Assembly: GCA_963720565.1 (NCBI GenBank) | Contig: CAVRFW010000012.1 | Coordinates: 32,001-96,000, forward strand | DNA from: Candidatus Bathyarchaeota archaeon | GTDB lineage: Archaea > Thermoproteota > Bathyarchaeia > Bathyarchaeales > Bathycorpusculaceae | DNA: 64,000 nucleotides | Direction of reading: 5' to 3' | Shown here: piece after piece, positions 1-10,670 of the stretch | Layout of the letters: every line of letters begins with the position of its first letter | How positions within the stretch are numbered: the first letter of the stretch is position 1 | Notes under the pieces: model-generated | Told to the model about the DNA's origin: nothing | The model's database searches: none | Seen by the model: the letters and a program-made list of their open reading frames with translations, nothing else | Translations under genes and position numbers: made by a program

Positions 1-155
1 TCAAAGTTTATTCGTACAAAGTCTGCAAGAAACTCTTCATAGAGGTTTTTTATGTTTGAGAACTTTTGTTCGCAGTCTGTGACTTGTTTGAACGCACCTT
101 GCCTAAGCGTATTACCTGTCCTTTTCATCGTATTACTTAGTCTAGATACCGTCAC
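1..155 (-). CDS. 5' part of a hypothetical protein running off the window edge
   Basis: Open frame from GTG at 155 to the window start (VTVSRLSNTMKRTG...), with purine-rich GAAAGGT upstream; no recognisable motif. Confidence 0.35.
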   Translation of the reverse strand, partial: MTVSRLSNTMKRTGNTLRQGAFKQVTDCEQKFSNIKNLYEEFLADFVRINF

Positions 156-298
156 ACGATTACCTTTCTTTTATTGAAACTTTTAAAATAAAAAGTGTTA
201 TTGACACGTAAAAGTTTAAAAAGCTTCATCTTTGGTTGTCAAGGCAAAGAATAAAAATGCGACAAGGTTATCTTGAATCACTTCATGAAAGCGTTGAG

Positions 299-382
299 GC
301 GGGATTCCCCAAGCCTGGTATGGGGCAGGCCTGCTAAGTCTGTGGTCGAAAGGCCGCGTGGGTTCAAATCCCACATCCCGCG
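299..382 (+). tRNA. tRNA-Ser(GCT)
   Basis: Acceptor GCGGGAT/ATCCCGC, anticodon arm CAGGC-CTGCTAA-GTCTG, long variable arm, T-loop TTCAAAT, discriminator G. Confidence 0.95.
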
Positions 383-664
383 CTTTTAGCCTATCTTTTG
401 GCTTTTTCTTGCATTAGTAGGGTTTCAAATGAACTGAAGACATTTTTTCAGGCATTGGTTTCGACCCCCTTCGGGGTTGAGTACCGTAGGACCCGCTGAA
501 TAGGATTCGCTGCTTTTCGTATGTAATTTAAACGTGAGTGTAAACCCAACATCCACCGATTATGTCCAAGGAACATCTGAACGTTGACAAAATTCTGATG
601 TTATGACAGAACAGAGTATTAGCAACAAACTTTTAAAAGTCGATTTTCGCTGAGAACTTGATTT

Positions 665-841
665 TTGAATGGCGAAGAAAAACCTTCCAGAATGGAAGAA
701 ATTGATAAACTAAGGCGATATGTCAATTCAGAAACGACTCAAGATAGTCAACGAATAGAAGGTCCAGTTTATGCTGAGCAAACGATTTCTAAACTTGAGC
801 GAGTATTTCGTTTTTCCTCTTCTCATATTCTTCTTTGGTAA
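665..841 (+). CDS. Small hypothetical protein (TT-x-D...IEGPV motif)
   Basis: Short ORF (TTG 665 or ATG 692) resembling the small ORF at 30860-31021; its 3' end overlaps the convergent gene. Confidence 0.35.
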   Translation: MNGEEKPSRMEEIDKLRRYVNSETTQDSQRIEGPVYAEQTISKLERVFRFSSSHILLW

Positions 842-1793
842 TGAGGTCTTTGTCAAGTAGTCCTTTGAGGTTTTCAAGACGTGCCGCTATGTCGTCTCCA
901 ATTTTAGCGGGTTTGGCTGTTGTTTCGCTTTCAACTCTGGGTTTCTTTCCGTTCTTCCTCATCACGAATACTATCAGCAAGATTATTACAACGATAGTTA
1001 TGACCACGCCAATTACGACCAGTAACAGGTTTTGTGGAATTCCCGTTTCCTCAAAGGCTGCTTCTTTTGCCTCGGCCTCGTCAAGATGCTCTGAAGCAGT
1101 CTGCAATTTTAACAATGCTGCATCCCAATCCTCAGCTATCGCCAGAGCAACGGCATCATTCTTTTCTCCTTCTGCCTGACTCAACAGAGACCGAGCGTCT
1201 GGGCTTCGATACGTGGCGTTTGATGCCTCACCCATTTTGTTGTTCACTTCTACTAGCAACGTGTTAAATGATTTCACTCGAGAATCAAAGATTTCCAGCG
1301 AAAAGGTTGGAGAATCCCATCCGAATTCCTCATAGGGGTAGGATGTTCCCTGATATCCGTCTATTCCAATAGTATAGTTGTGCGAACCAACAGCGACATT
1401 TGTTGGAATATGAATGAGCATGGGATTGAAAGTGTAACTTCCATTGGCGGTAACATTTACGGGATTATTAGACAAGTTAAAACCAGTGAAATTGTCTTTC
1501 GCCATCCAGTCAAAGTGGAAACCCACGAAGTAGATTGTGAGTTGCTCAGTGGAGTTATTGTGGAAATAGATGCTAACGGTTGCATTGCTGCCTTGATAGT
1601 AGGGTTGATTTGTCCAGTTTACATTTGCCGAGGCTTGATTTTCTTCAAGGGCAAAAACAACACTGCTGAACATCATACCTGAAAAGATGCTAAGGCAAAT
1701 TGCAGCGACTAATATGCTAAGCGACTTCACTGAATATTTCCTCGAAGATACAGAGTGCCGCGCTTCGTCATATATGTTTTTTCCCAATTTCAC
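789..1793 (-). CDS. Secreted/membrane protein with Ig-like domain, C-terminal TM helix and SHOCT domain
   Basis: N-terminal hydrophobic segment, many NxS/T sequons, TM helix, SHOCT-type tail 'LENLKGLLDKDLITKEEYEKRKNEIL'. Confidence 0.75.
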   Translation of the reverse strand: MKLGKNIYDEARHSVSSRKYSVKSLSILVAAICLSIFSGMMFSSVVFALEENQASANVNWTNQPYYQGSNATVSIYFHNNSTEQLTIYFVGFHFDWMAKDNFTGFNLSNNPVNVTANGSYTFNPMLIHIPTNVAVGSHNYTIGIDGYQGTSYPYEEFGWDSPTFSLEIFDSRVKSFNTLLVEVNNKMGEASNATYRSPDARSLLSQAEGEKNDAVALAIAEDWDAALLKLQTASEHLDEAEAKEAAFEETGIPQNLLLVVIGVVITIVVIILLIVFVMRKNGKKPRVESETTAKPAKIGDDIAARLENLKGLLDKDLITKEEYEKRKNEILAQV

Positions 1794-1968
1794 ATTGGTA
1801 GCGGTTTAGAGTGAGCCCACGAGTTTGCCAAGGAAAATTGACCGAGACCTGATTGTGTGTTAGAAAGTGCAAATTACAGAACAGCAGAGAAGAAGTCTTA
1901 ACTTTTCCGTTTTCTTCTGTATTTTGTCTGCCCTTTGTTTCGTAGCTGATTAAAAAATGTGATAGAAT

Positions 1969-3456
1969 TCAATTATGCCTAAAGTAGTCGCTGATGAATT
2001 TGGTGATGATTTGGGGGTAACTCAGAGCAGACTTCAGAGTTTTTTTAGGATTTTTAACATAGTTGATTATGGACAACCTCTTATATTCCTTGAATGCCTC
2101 GATAGCGATTCTCTTCACTTCATTCGGGGTGAAATCTCCTGTCTCGATTAGCGGCATTCCACGTGTCTGTCTTACCTCGGCTAGGTCTCTTGGTGTCAGA
2201 TTCTCTCTGATAAATCCCTTATCTTTGCATTCTTCATATAGTCTGGTTCCGTACAAAGGTGTGGCGATGTGAAGATGCATGCCCAAATCGTATTCGCGTT
2301 TAAGCCTTAGGGCAAGGTTCACGGTTTTCATCATGTTTTCCTTTTTTTCGCCAGGGAAGCCTATAATGTAAAATGCTGAGGCCGGCAGGTCGAGTTCTTT
2401 GCACATTTTAGCGACTCGGATAGCGTCATCAATTTTGAGGCTTTTGTTGATTACCTTGTCCAGGATGAATTGGTCGCCTGATTCGATGGCGAAGATGACG
2501 CTTTGACATCCTGACGCTTTCATTTTCTTCAGGAGACTCTCGGTTAGATGGTCTGCTCTGATGCCATTTGGTGTTTCCCATTTGACATGGAGGTTGTTTT
2601 CAATAATCTTGTCGCATATTGTTTCGAATCGTTTCTGGTCCAAGGTAAGGTTGTCGTCTTCGAAGAATATGGTTTTTACTCTATACTTTTCTATGACATA
2701 TTTGATGTGTTCAATTACATAATCTGCTGAGTGAGCTCTGAAAGTTTTTCCCATATGCAAATGGACAGAACAGAAATTGCAGTTGAAGGGGCAGCCCCTG
2801 CTTGTGATCATGGATATTGCGCGGTCTTTGAAACTGCGATATTCAATTTTGTCTGGATTAAGGTACTGTTCCATGTTCACTAAGTGGTAGGCTGGGTAAG
2901 GTAACTCATCAAGGTTTTCAATTAACGGTCTAGGCGAGTTTAATGTCAGCTCATTGTTTTCGCGGTAGGCAATTCCTTGAATATCTGCAATTCTTTTGTG
3001 CCCTTCAAAGTGCTTTGCGATATCAAGCATCGTGTATTCACCCTCGCCTACGACTGCGAGGTCAACGTTTTTTGCAGCCTCGAGAAAGTTTACGGGCACG
3101 ACCGTCGTGTGAGGGCCCCCCACAACGGTTAAGATATTCGGGTTAACCTCTTTGACAATGTCTGCGACCTTGGTAGCGTTCTCTGTTTGACAGGTGAAAG
3201 GATTTGATATGCCCACTATGTCCGGGCCAATTCTGGCTATTTCTTCCTTTATCTTCCCGTAGGGCATTCCGACTTCAACTATGTCACCGGCTTTCTGGAA
3301 AGAGGATTCGGTCATGAACGCGTCTAGAATCTCAACTTTGTATCCTTCCTTGTCCAGAACGGCAGCGATATGCATCAACCCCAAAGGAAGATTGCCTGCC
3401 GGTGCGTCAGAGCCGGGATAGAAAGTCTGCGGGGGGTTGATGAGGAGGATCTTCAT
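1969..3456 (-). CDS. Cobalamin-binding radical SAM protein
   Basis: B12-binding N-terminus (PLGL, GGPH, GEGE) and SRGCPFNCNFC CxxxCxxC motif. Confidence 0.92.
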   Translation of the reverse strand: MKILLINPPQTFYPGSDAPAGNLPLGLMHIAAVLDKEGYKVEILDAFMTESSFQKAGDIVEVGMPYGKIKEEIARIGPDIVGISNPFTCQTENATKVADIVKEVNPNILTVVGGPHTTVVPVNFLEAAKNVDLAVVGEGEYTMLDIAKHFEGHKRIADIQGIAYRENNELTLNSPRPLIENLDELPYPAYHLVNMEQYLNPDKIEYRSFKDRAISMITSRGCPFNCNFCSVHLHMGKTFRAHSADYVIEHIKYVIEKYRVKTIFFEDDNLTLDQKRFETICDKIIENNLHVKWETPNGIRADHLTESLLKKMKASGCQSVIFAIESGDQFILDKVINKSLKIDDAIRVAKMCKELDLPASAFYIIGFPGEKKENMMKTVNLALRLKREYDLGMHLHIATPLYGTRLYEECKDKGFIRENLTPRDLAEVRQTRGMPLIETGDFTPNEVKRIAIEAFKEYKRLSIINYVKNPKKTLKSALSYPQIITKFISDYFRHN

Positions 3457-3560
3457 TAGCTGTACCTATGGTAGAGTAGCCCTCGTGATTATTTAAATCC
3501 CCTTACAAACCATTGGTTTTGCGCTGAGCAGTTTGGACAAGAAGAATCTAAATAACTAAT

Positions 3561-4394
3561 CTATTTCTTGGCTATCCAGAGGCTCATTTCCGGGCGACAT
3601 ATACGAGCGTATATTGGGAAAATTGGGCTAAACAGCCATGTGCCCTTGACGTGATAATCCGTTCGGTTGAAAAAACAGAAATGCTCATTTTTTAGCACTC
3701 TTTCGATTCTTTCGTGGTCAAGCGGATGTTCTTTCTTGTGCCAATAATCAGATAGCGTGTAGTCAAGAGATGGAAACTTGACCCCGATAATCTGGAAATG
3801 CAAGGTGTTAATGAGCGGATTTGAATGAAAATAAATGCCCTTCACCAGGTTCGCCAAACCGCTTGGTTCATTCTGCCAATAGTATGGAGAAGCTTCATGG
3901 TCCAGGTACATGACGCCGCCTTTTTTCAGAAAACCCGATAGCCTTCGAAGAGCATCAGCGTAATCTGGAAGGTGATGGAGCACAGAAAAACCGGTGATTA
4001 AGTCGAAGTCATCTCTGTTAAAATGCACGTCTTCTATGGGGGAGTTAACAATGGTTAACTGTCTTGTTCTTTGAAACTTTCTATTTTTGTTTCGTAAAAC
4101 TTGGCACATTTCCGCTGAAATATCTATGGCGGTGACATTATAGCCTAAGGCGAGAAGTTTGTCGGTAATATTTCCAGTGCCCGCTCCGATGTCGAGAGCC
4201 CTCTTGCGGTTGTTTTGAATGAGGCTGCTTGCCTTCTGCAGGGTGGAGTTTATTCTGTTCTGCTCCTGTTTGCCATACACTTCCGGGTGAAACAGCTCAT
4301 AATATGCGGCTTCAAAACGGTGGACTTCGATATTCGCTTCATGTATCTCTTTTTTGCTAATTGCAGGCAAGACCTCCATCATGGTGTTCGCCAA
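3561..4394 (-). CDS. Class I SAM-dependent methyltransferase
   Basis: LDIGAGTG motif I, 'FSVLHHLPD', 'LKKGG'. Confidence 0.88.
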   Translation of the reverse strand: MANTMMEVLPAISKKEIHEANIEVHRFEAAYYELFHPEVYGKQEQNRINSTLQKASSLIQNNRKRALDIGAGTGNITDKLLALGYNVTAIDISAEMCQVLRNKNRKFQRTRQLTIVNSPIEDVHFNRDDFDLITGFSVLHHLPDYADALRRLSGFLKKGGVMYLDHEASPYYWQNEPSGLANLVKGIYFHSNPLINTLHFQIIGVKFPSLDYTLSDYWHKKEHPLDHERIERVLKNEHFCFFNRTDYHVKGTWLFSPIFPIYARICRPEMSLWIAKK

Positions 4395-4563
4395 GTTTTA
4401 TCCTGTGTAAGCTAAGTTTACTTAGCTTTTTCAGTTCTAAATAACGCTTGCGTTTTCAGCAGTCGATCTTGCCCAATATGGGCATCAGCATGCTTTTATG
4501 GAGGACGCCAGAATTATCAATAACGAAAACGTCTATTTACAATCGAAGAAGGGTCTAGGCGGT

Positions 4564-6093
4564 ATGGTTGAACTTAGAGAAATAGAACAGCAGGTACTTT
4601 GCACATTGGAGAAACTTGGCGGAACAGCTTCGGTGGAGCAATTAATCTCTGAACTTGGGTTCAGTGATGCAGCTGTAATGCGCACAGCCTTAACCCTGCA
4701 AGAGAAGAGTCTTCTCAAGATATATGCGGAACAACAGATTCAAGTCAAACTCACAAACGAAGGAGAACTCCATGCCAAGAATGGCTTGCCAGAACGCAGA
4801 CTCATAAAGGTAGTCGTAGCACTCGGCGGAACCTCCGACCTAAACAAAGCCTTGGAAAAAGCAAAACTCGAAAAAAAGTTTGTGCAAATCGCACTAGGCT
4901 GGGCACTAAGAAAGAAATGGGCAGTCTACGACTCTTCAACCAACACCATCAGAATACCAGACCAACGCTTACACGAGGTCGTAATTTCCGAAGGCGACGA
5001 CGAAGCATTGCTCAGTTTTCTTTGTACTGTGCAGCAGACTACATTCAATAGTCTGGCGGTTAAGCTTCAAGCGGCAGTAGAAACTCTAAAGAAACGCAAA
5101 CTATTGACTGCGGAACCGAAAGCCAAAAGAAAACTTGAAATTACCCAAGAAGGAAAACAATCGGCGCTAGACCGAAAATCAACGACACAAGAAATCACCA
5201 GTCTCACGCCACAGCATATTATCACGGGAAAATGGCGAGAAACCAAATTCCAAAAATACAACATCCAAGCCCCGGTGGCTAAGACTTGGCCAGGAAAAAA
5301 GCACCCGTATCTCCGTTTTATAGAGGAGGTCCGACAGAAACTAGTCCAACTCGGCTTCAAAGAGATGACAGGCACAAACGTTGAAACCGCCTTCTTCAAC
5401 TTCGACGCTCTATACACGCCTCAAGATCATCCCGCCCGTGAAAACTCGGATATCTATTACGTTAAGAACCCGGAATACGGCGACACAACCAAACATAGAA
5501 TCGCGATAGAGAATGTTAGATACACTCATCAAGACGGGTGGCGTACAGGCTCAACAGGCTGGCGCTACAAATACTCAATCCAAGAAGCAAAACGCCTAGT
5601 TCTACGTGGACACGGAACATGCCTCAGCGCTCGAACGCTCCTAAACAAGAACCTAGAGATTCCGAGCCGACACTTTTCCATAGCACGCGTTTATAGACCA
5701 GAAGTTACAGACAAAACGCATCTAAGCGAATTCAACCAAGTTGAAGGCATAATCGTTGATGAAAAATTAACTCTTAAAGACCTGTTGGGTGTACTGGAGA
5801 AGTTTGCCAAGGAAATCGCAGGAGCAGACAAAGTCCGCTTCAAACCCGACTATTTCCCCTTTACGGAGCCAAGCGTAGAACTGAATGCTTACAAAGAGGG
5901 TTACGGTTGGATCGAGATAGGGGGATCAGGGATATTCCGACCAGAAGTAACGTTGCCTCTGGGCGTAGAAGTGCCTGTGATTGCCTGGGGCTTGGGCGTT
6001 GACCGATTGTTCATGATGCGGGCAGGAATTGATGATATCCGCTACATTTTCAGTCAGGATTTAGATTGGCTGAGAAGGAAACAGGTGGTTTAG
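4564..6093 (+). CDS. pheS: Phenylalanine--tRNA ligase alpha subunit (archaeal type)
   Basis: FNFDALYTPQDHPAR, HLSEFNQVEG, YFPFTEPS, WGLGVDRL; start placed at ATG 4564. Confidence 0.97.
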   Translation: MVELREIEQQVLCTLEKLGGTASVEQLISELGFSDAAVMRTALTLQEKSLLKIYAEQQIQVKLTNEGELHAKNGLPERRLIKVVVALGGTSDLNKALEKAKLEKKFVQIALGWALRKKWAVYDSSTNTIRIPDQRLHEVVISEGDDEALLSFLCTVQQTTFNSLAVKLQAAVETLKKRKLLTAEPKAKRKLEITQEGKQSALDRKSTTQEITSLTPQHIITGKWRETKFQKYNIQAPVAKTWPGKKHPYLRFIEEVRQKLVQLGFKEMTGTNVETAFFNFDALYTPQDHPARENSDIYYVKNPEYGDTTKHRIAIENVRYTHQDGWRTGSTGWRYKYSIQEAKRLVLRGHGTCLSARTLLNKNLEIPSRHFSIARVYRPEVTDKTHLSEFNQVEGIIVDEKLTLKDLLGVLEKFAKEIAGADKVRFKPDYFPFTEPSVELNAYKEGYGWIEIGGSGIFRPEVTLPLGVEVPVIAWGLGVDRLFMMRAGIDDIRYIFSQDLDWLRRKQVV

Positions 6094-6095
6094 CA

Positions 6096-7790
6096 ATGCC
6101 GACAATTGATGTAGAACTTGGCGAACTGGAGAAGCTCTTGAACGTTTCGTTCAAATGCAACATTGAAAAACTGGATGAAGTTTTGACGCTTATTAAGGGA
6201 GAAGTAAAACTTTTCAACCAACAAGAAGGTGTGGTGAACATTGAGATCAAGGACACAAACCGTCCTGACCTTTGGAGCGTTGAAGGCTTAGCCAGAGCAC
6301 TACGCGGATACCTCAATTCTAAAGAAGATTTCGGAGAATACATTGTAAAAGGACCATTGATTGATGTTTCTGTTGATTCGAGGCTTAATTCCATACGTCC
6401 GTTTATGGGTGTTGCCGTCGTTGAAAACTTGAAGTTGAGCGACGCGATAATTAGAGGGCTTATGCACCTTCAAGATAAACTAGACCAAACTTACGGAAGG
6501 AACCGCCAGAAAACCTCAATTGGGCTCTATGATTACGATTTGATGAATCCGCCCTTGCATTATACAGTTGCCAAGCCTGAAAAGGTTAAATTCGCACCAT
6601 TAGGTTTCGAAGAAGCGATGAATCTTGCAGAGATCTTAGAACGCCATCCGAAAGGCATTGAATACGGCAGAATCGTGAAGAGACACAGCGTTTACCCCTT
6701 AATTTTGGATTCGAAAGGGAAGATTCTGTCTTTTCCCCCTATAATTAACTCCAATGATTTGGGGAGGGTCACTGCTGAAACGCGTAATGTTCTTGTAGAA
6801 GTCACAGGAACAGCCCATGAAGCGGTACTTAACGCCTTGAAACTTGTGACTTTAGCTTTGGCTGATAGAGGAGGCCAAGTGTCTTCGGGGACTATTAAGT
6901 ATGCATTTGATGGCTCACAGGTTGTTACTCCTGATTTTCGAAGCAATCTAATGGAATTGAGTGTTGGGTACGCGAACAGAATTCTGGGTTTACAACTAAC
7001 TTCTAAGCAAATGGCAAAGTTGTTGCCTAGAGCTGGTTTTGGCGTTGAAGAAACCAGCGGTGACACCATTATGGTTTCTGTGCCTTGTTACCGCGTGGAT
7101 GTTATGCACCAGGTTGATTTAGTTGAAGACGTCGCAATTGCCTACGGATATGATCGGATTGAACCAGTCTGGCGAGAGCTTCCCACCACCGGAAGCATGA
7201 GCGCTGAGCAGCACTTGATAGACGTTGCACGCGAGTTTATGGTTGGACTGAGTTTCCAGGAAATTTTAACGTACAATCTTACCAACTCTGAAAACCTGTT
7301 TGATAACATGAACATTGAGAAATCCACGATTGTTGAAGTTGCTAATCCCAAAGTTGCAACGATGACATGTCTTCGCAATAGCTTGTTACCAAGTCTTATG
7401 GAGTTTTTAGGCAACAACACGTCAATAGAGTTTCCTCAAAGGATCTTCGAGTTGGGCAAGGTGACAGCACTAGACAATACTAAGGAAACGAAGACTCGAG
7501 ACGAGAATTGGCTGGCAGCCGTAACGGCGCATGTTTCAGCCTGCTTCACCGAAATAAAATCAATTCTCGACTCGTTTTTAATGAATTTTGGCGTGGACTG
7601 GCAGATAAAGGAAACACTTCATTCCAGCTTCATTGAAGGCAGAATTGGAAAAGTACTTGTCAACGGAGAGGAAGCGGGCATAATCGGGGAAATTCACCCT
7701 CTTGTGCTTGAGCGTTGGAAACTGGAGAACCCTGCAGCTGCCTTCGAAATCAACCTGGACAAAATAATCCGAGGCAAACAATCAAAGTAG
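6096..7790 (+). CDS. pheT: Phenylalanine--tRNA ligase beta subunit
   Basis: MPTI start, DTNRPDLWSVEG, SFPPIINS, RVDVMHQVDLVEDVAIAYGY; directly follows pheS. Confidence 0.97.
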   Translation: MPTIDVELGELEKLLNVSFKCNIEKLDEVLTLIKGEVKLFNQQEGVVNIEIKDTNRPDLWSVEGLARALRGYLNSKEDFGEYIVKGPLIDVSVDSRLNSIRPFMGVAVVENLKLSDAIIRGLMHLQDKLDQTYGRNRQKTSIGLYDYDLMNPPLHYTVAKPEKVKFAPLGFEEAMNLAEILERHPKGIEYGRIVKRHSVYPLILDSKGKILSFPPIINSNDLGRVTAETRNVLVEVTGTAHEAVLNALKLVTLALADRGGQVSSGTIKYAFDGSQVVTPDFRSNLMELSVGYANRILGLQLTSKQMAKLLPRAGFGVEETSGDTIMVSVPCYRVDVMHQVDLVEDVAIAYGYDRIEPVWRELPTTGSMSAEQHLIDVAREFMVGLSFQEILTYNLTNSENLFDNMNIEKSTIVEVANPKVATMTCLRNSLLPSLMEFLGNNTSIEFPQRIFELGKVTALDNTKETKTRDENWLAAVTAHVSACFTEIKSILDSFLMNFGVDWQIKETLHSSFIEGRIGKVLVNGEEAGIIGEIHPLVLERWKLENPAAAFEINLDKIIRGKQSK

Positions 7791-7977
7791 TTTTTTGCCT
7801 ATTGTAGAACAGGTCTTCAACGAATACGAGATGAAACGGGATAAGAAACCTACTTGCCAAGCTTGTGAAGAGACATTTAAACAGCGCTAGGAAAACTTTC
7901 CGATTCTTGACGTGACTTTGTGAATTTAGGCTGAACATATAGGCAAAACATAAATTTGGAAAAAGGAATAACGGTTA

Positions 7978-8277
7978 ATGGTGTTTGTCTTGGTAAGCGT
8001 TAACAAGCTAGTCGGAATGAAAGTAATAACCGCGAAGGCATACGTTCTTGGCGAAGTGAAAGGTCTAGAAGCTAACGTTGAAAATTGGAAAATTACGCAT
8101 CTGCTAATCAGACTTTCAGAGAAGGCTGGAACAGATCTAGGATTTAAGAAAAGATTCGGCAGCGCCACAGTCTCAATGCCTGTAGAATTAGTCAAAGCGG
8201 TAGGAGAGTTTGTTTCAATCGACAAGTCTTTCGAAGAGCTCAGCCGAACCGTTGACATCGTTGAATACAAGGAATAG
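7978..8277 (+). CDS. PRC-barrel domain protein
   Basis: 'LVGMKVIT..AYVLGEV.GLE.....WKITHL' and 'VKAVGEFVSI' PRC pattern. Confidence 0.75.
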   Translation: MVFVLVSVNKLVGMKVITAKAYVLGEVKGLEANVENWKITHLLIRLSEKAGTDLGFKKRFGSATVSMPVELVKAVGEFVSIDKSFEELSRTVDIVEYKE

Positions 8278-8466
8278 GAAACGCCGATACGCAAAAACTA
8301 ACACCTAACAAGTATTGCTGAGCTCTTTTTTCTTTCCCCAATCTGATTTCGCACATGAATTCTTCCATATATGATTTAAAGCTGTAATCACAATGTCAAA
8401 GTTCCCACTCAAAATTTGGTTAGGTACGTTTTTTAATCAGTACTCTCTTAAAAGACTCGGTTTTAG

Positions 8467-8757
8467 GTGTTAGATTTGGAAAAAACCATTCAGAAATATC
8501 TGTTGATGATTAAACTAAGTCCCAATATGGCTGCGAAAATTTATGAACCACTAATCGAATTTGACCAGAATCCAATGGCAGGGGTAATCCTGGAAGAGGC
8601 ATATCAGGTTTTTGGTCAATGGGATTTTGCTGTCCTATTTCGTGCTGACACTAATGCTGACGCACTGCATTTCGTCGGAGACAAAATTCGCCTAATAGAA
8701 GGCGTCATCGAGACCCTTACCATACCATTGGCACCCATAAAGAACTACCACAAATAG
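8467..8757 (+). CDS. Stand-alone Lrp/AsnC-type ligand-binding (RAM)/GYD-like domain protein
   Basis: 'VFGQWDFAV' and 'KIRLIEGVIETLT' pattern; no HTH. Confidence 0.7.
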   Translation: MLDLEKTIQKYLLMIKLSPNMAAKIYEPLIEFDQNPMAGVILEEAYQVFGQWDFAVLFRADTNADALHFVGDKIRLIEGVIETLTIPLAPIKNYHK

Positions 8758-8978
8758 CAGATTGTCTTCTTTGTTATCTCTTTAGTGTCATAGGTCATCG
8801 AAACTACCTGACCTAGAACATCAGACTCTTTCAGAATGCCAACAATTTAACGAAAAACATTGGAAGTTCTTGAAGGGAGTTAGTTGCGAAAAAAAAGATA
8901 TATGACTGATGGATCTCTCTTTTGTCAAGAAGACTTCAGGTGATATTGACGGTTTCATCCAACGATGAAAACAGCGAA

Positions 8979-10085
8979 ATGGTAGTAACACCATGGGAAG
9001 TAAAAGGAAAAGTTGACTACGAACGCTTAATACGGGAATTCGGAACGCAACCTTTAACAAAAGAACTGCTTAACCGAATAGAAAGTCATACCGGAAGTCT
9101 TCATCTCCAGCTTCAAAGACATATCTTCTTCTCCCACCGCGATTTAGATGCAGTAGTAGACCTCTACGAAAAAGGAACAAAATTTGTTCTGTACACCGGA
9201 AGAGGACCATCAGGGCCAGTGCACATCGGGCATCTTGTGCCGTGGATTTTCACTTTGCATATTCAAAAGAAATTCAATACGAGACTTTATTTCCAATTAA
9301 CCGACGACGAGAAATTCCTCATCGACGACGAAGCAACCCTTAAACAAACACGTCATTACGCTTATGAAAACGCTTTAGACCTCATTGCATTAGGCTTCAA
9401 ACCCAACGACACATTCATAATTTACGACGTAGAAGACATAGACCTGCTCTACAGCACTGCGCTAGAAGTTGCCAAAAACGTAACATACTCTACTGCACGA
9501 GCAAGCTTTGGATTCCAAGATAGCACAAACATCGGTTGGGTTTTCTGGCCTGCAATGCAAGCTGCGCCGTGTTTCATCCACGCCAAACTAACAGGTGAAA
9601 ACGTCCCCGCCTTAATTCCGGCCGCAATTGACCAAGATCCTTATTGGAGAGTCACTCGTGATGTGGCACAGAAACTTGGCTATTATAAGCCGGCCCAAAT
9701 CCACTGCCGTTTTCTTCCAGGACTAGGTGCAGGCGGAAAAATGAGTGCATCCATTCCTGAAACAAGCATTTTTACCAAAGACCCTCCCGATTTGGTGAAA
9801 CGCAAAATTTGGAATGCTTTCACAGGAGGCAAAGGAACAGCCGCCGAACAAAGGAAAACGGGGGCCGACCCAACAATATGCTCGATTTTTCAATACTATT
9901 TCTACCTCTTTGAAGATGACGACAAAAAACTACTTGAAAGAGAACACAAATGCAAGAGCGGCGCAATGCTCTGCGGTGAATGCAAGACTGACATAGTAGT
10001 TCGACTTAACAAGTTCCTAGAGGAACATCGCAAGAGAAGAGAAAAAGCGAAAGACACTATTGAACAATACCACATAAAACGCTAA
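8979..10085 (+). CDS. trpS: Tryptophan--tRNA ligase
   Basis: VTPWEV, YTGRGPS, HIGH, AIDQDPYWR, KMSAS, CGECK; the start may lie slightly upstream. Confidence 0.97.
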   Translation: MVVTPWEVKGKVDYERLIREFGTQPLTKELLNRIESHTGSLHLQLQRHIFFSHRDLDAVVDLYEKGTKFVLYTGRGPSGPVHIGHLVPWIFTLHIQKKFNTRLYFQLTDDEKFLIDDEATLKQTRHYAYENALDLIALGFKPNDTFIIYDVEDIDLLYSTALEVAKNVTYSTARASFGFQDSTNIGWVFWPAMQAAPCFIHAKLTGENVPALIPAAIDQDPYWRVTRDVAQKLGYYKPAQIHCRFLPGLGAGGKMSASIPETSIFTKDPPDLVKRKIWNAFTGGKGTAAEQRKTGADPTICSIFQYYFYLFEDDDKKLLEREHKCKSGAMLCGECKTDIVVRLNKFLEEHRKRREKAKDTIEQYHIKR

Positions 10086-10367
10086 CTGCTAACAAAACCT
10101 TAGGCTCTAAACTGCTTACATCTCCCGAAACAGTCTTCAAACATCAACTTTTGAAACTAAAACGAAACCTTCCAATCTATGATTCTCCGGCGGCACCAAC
10201 GAATCTGCCCCTCGTACACCTCACACTTAGAGGTAATTTAGTAAGACAAGTGCACAATTGTGATGCAACGTTACCGAGAACACTACACCTAATTAGTATT
10301 CATGATTCGCAAGAGTTAAGTTTGGCTGTTGTAGTTCAAAAAGAATAGAACAAACGGAGATAAAAAA

Positions 10368-10670
10368 ATGCCCGAATACTTAGTCTTGATGAAATTAAAC
10401 CCAAGCAAGATAATCGAAACCTTAGACGCTATAAGAAACACAGATGATAAACCTCTCTCGGGTATTAATCTGCGTTACAGCATGAATATTTTTGGATCTT
10501 GGGATGTTGCAGTTTGGATAAACGCTGACAACAACTCCAAAGCAGCAGACTTCGTGCAAAAAAAGATTAAAGACCTCGATGGGGTTACTGAAATATACAC
10601 TGTACCCACATTTCCACATGGAAACAATGGAAAAAATTCAAAGGAGCAAAATCCCCCTTTAAGTCCCTAA
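10368..10670 (+). CDS. Stand-alone Lrp/AsnC-type ligand-binding/GYD-like domain protein
   Basis: 'IFGSWDVAVW', 'KIKDLDGVTE'; close paralogue of 38188-38454. Confidence 0.7.
   Translation: MPEYLVLMKLNPSKIIETLDAIRNTDDKPLSGINLRYSMNIFGSWDVAVWINADNNSKAADFVQKKIKDLDGVTEIYTVPTFPHGNNGKNSKEQNPPLSP

Noticed and set aside
430..500. Possible C/D box sRNA with hairpin downstream of tRNA-Ser
   Set aside because: The box C match is degenerate (TGAAGA) and I could not identify a convincing rRNA/tRNA target by eye.
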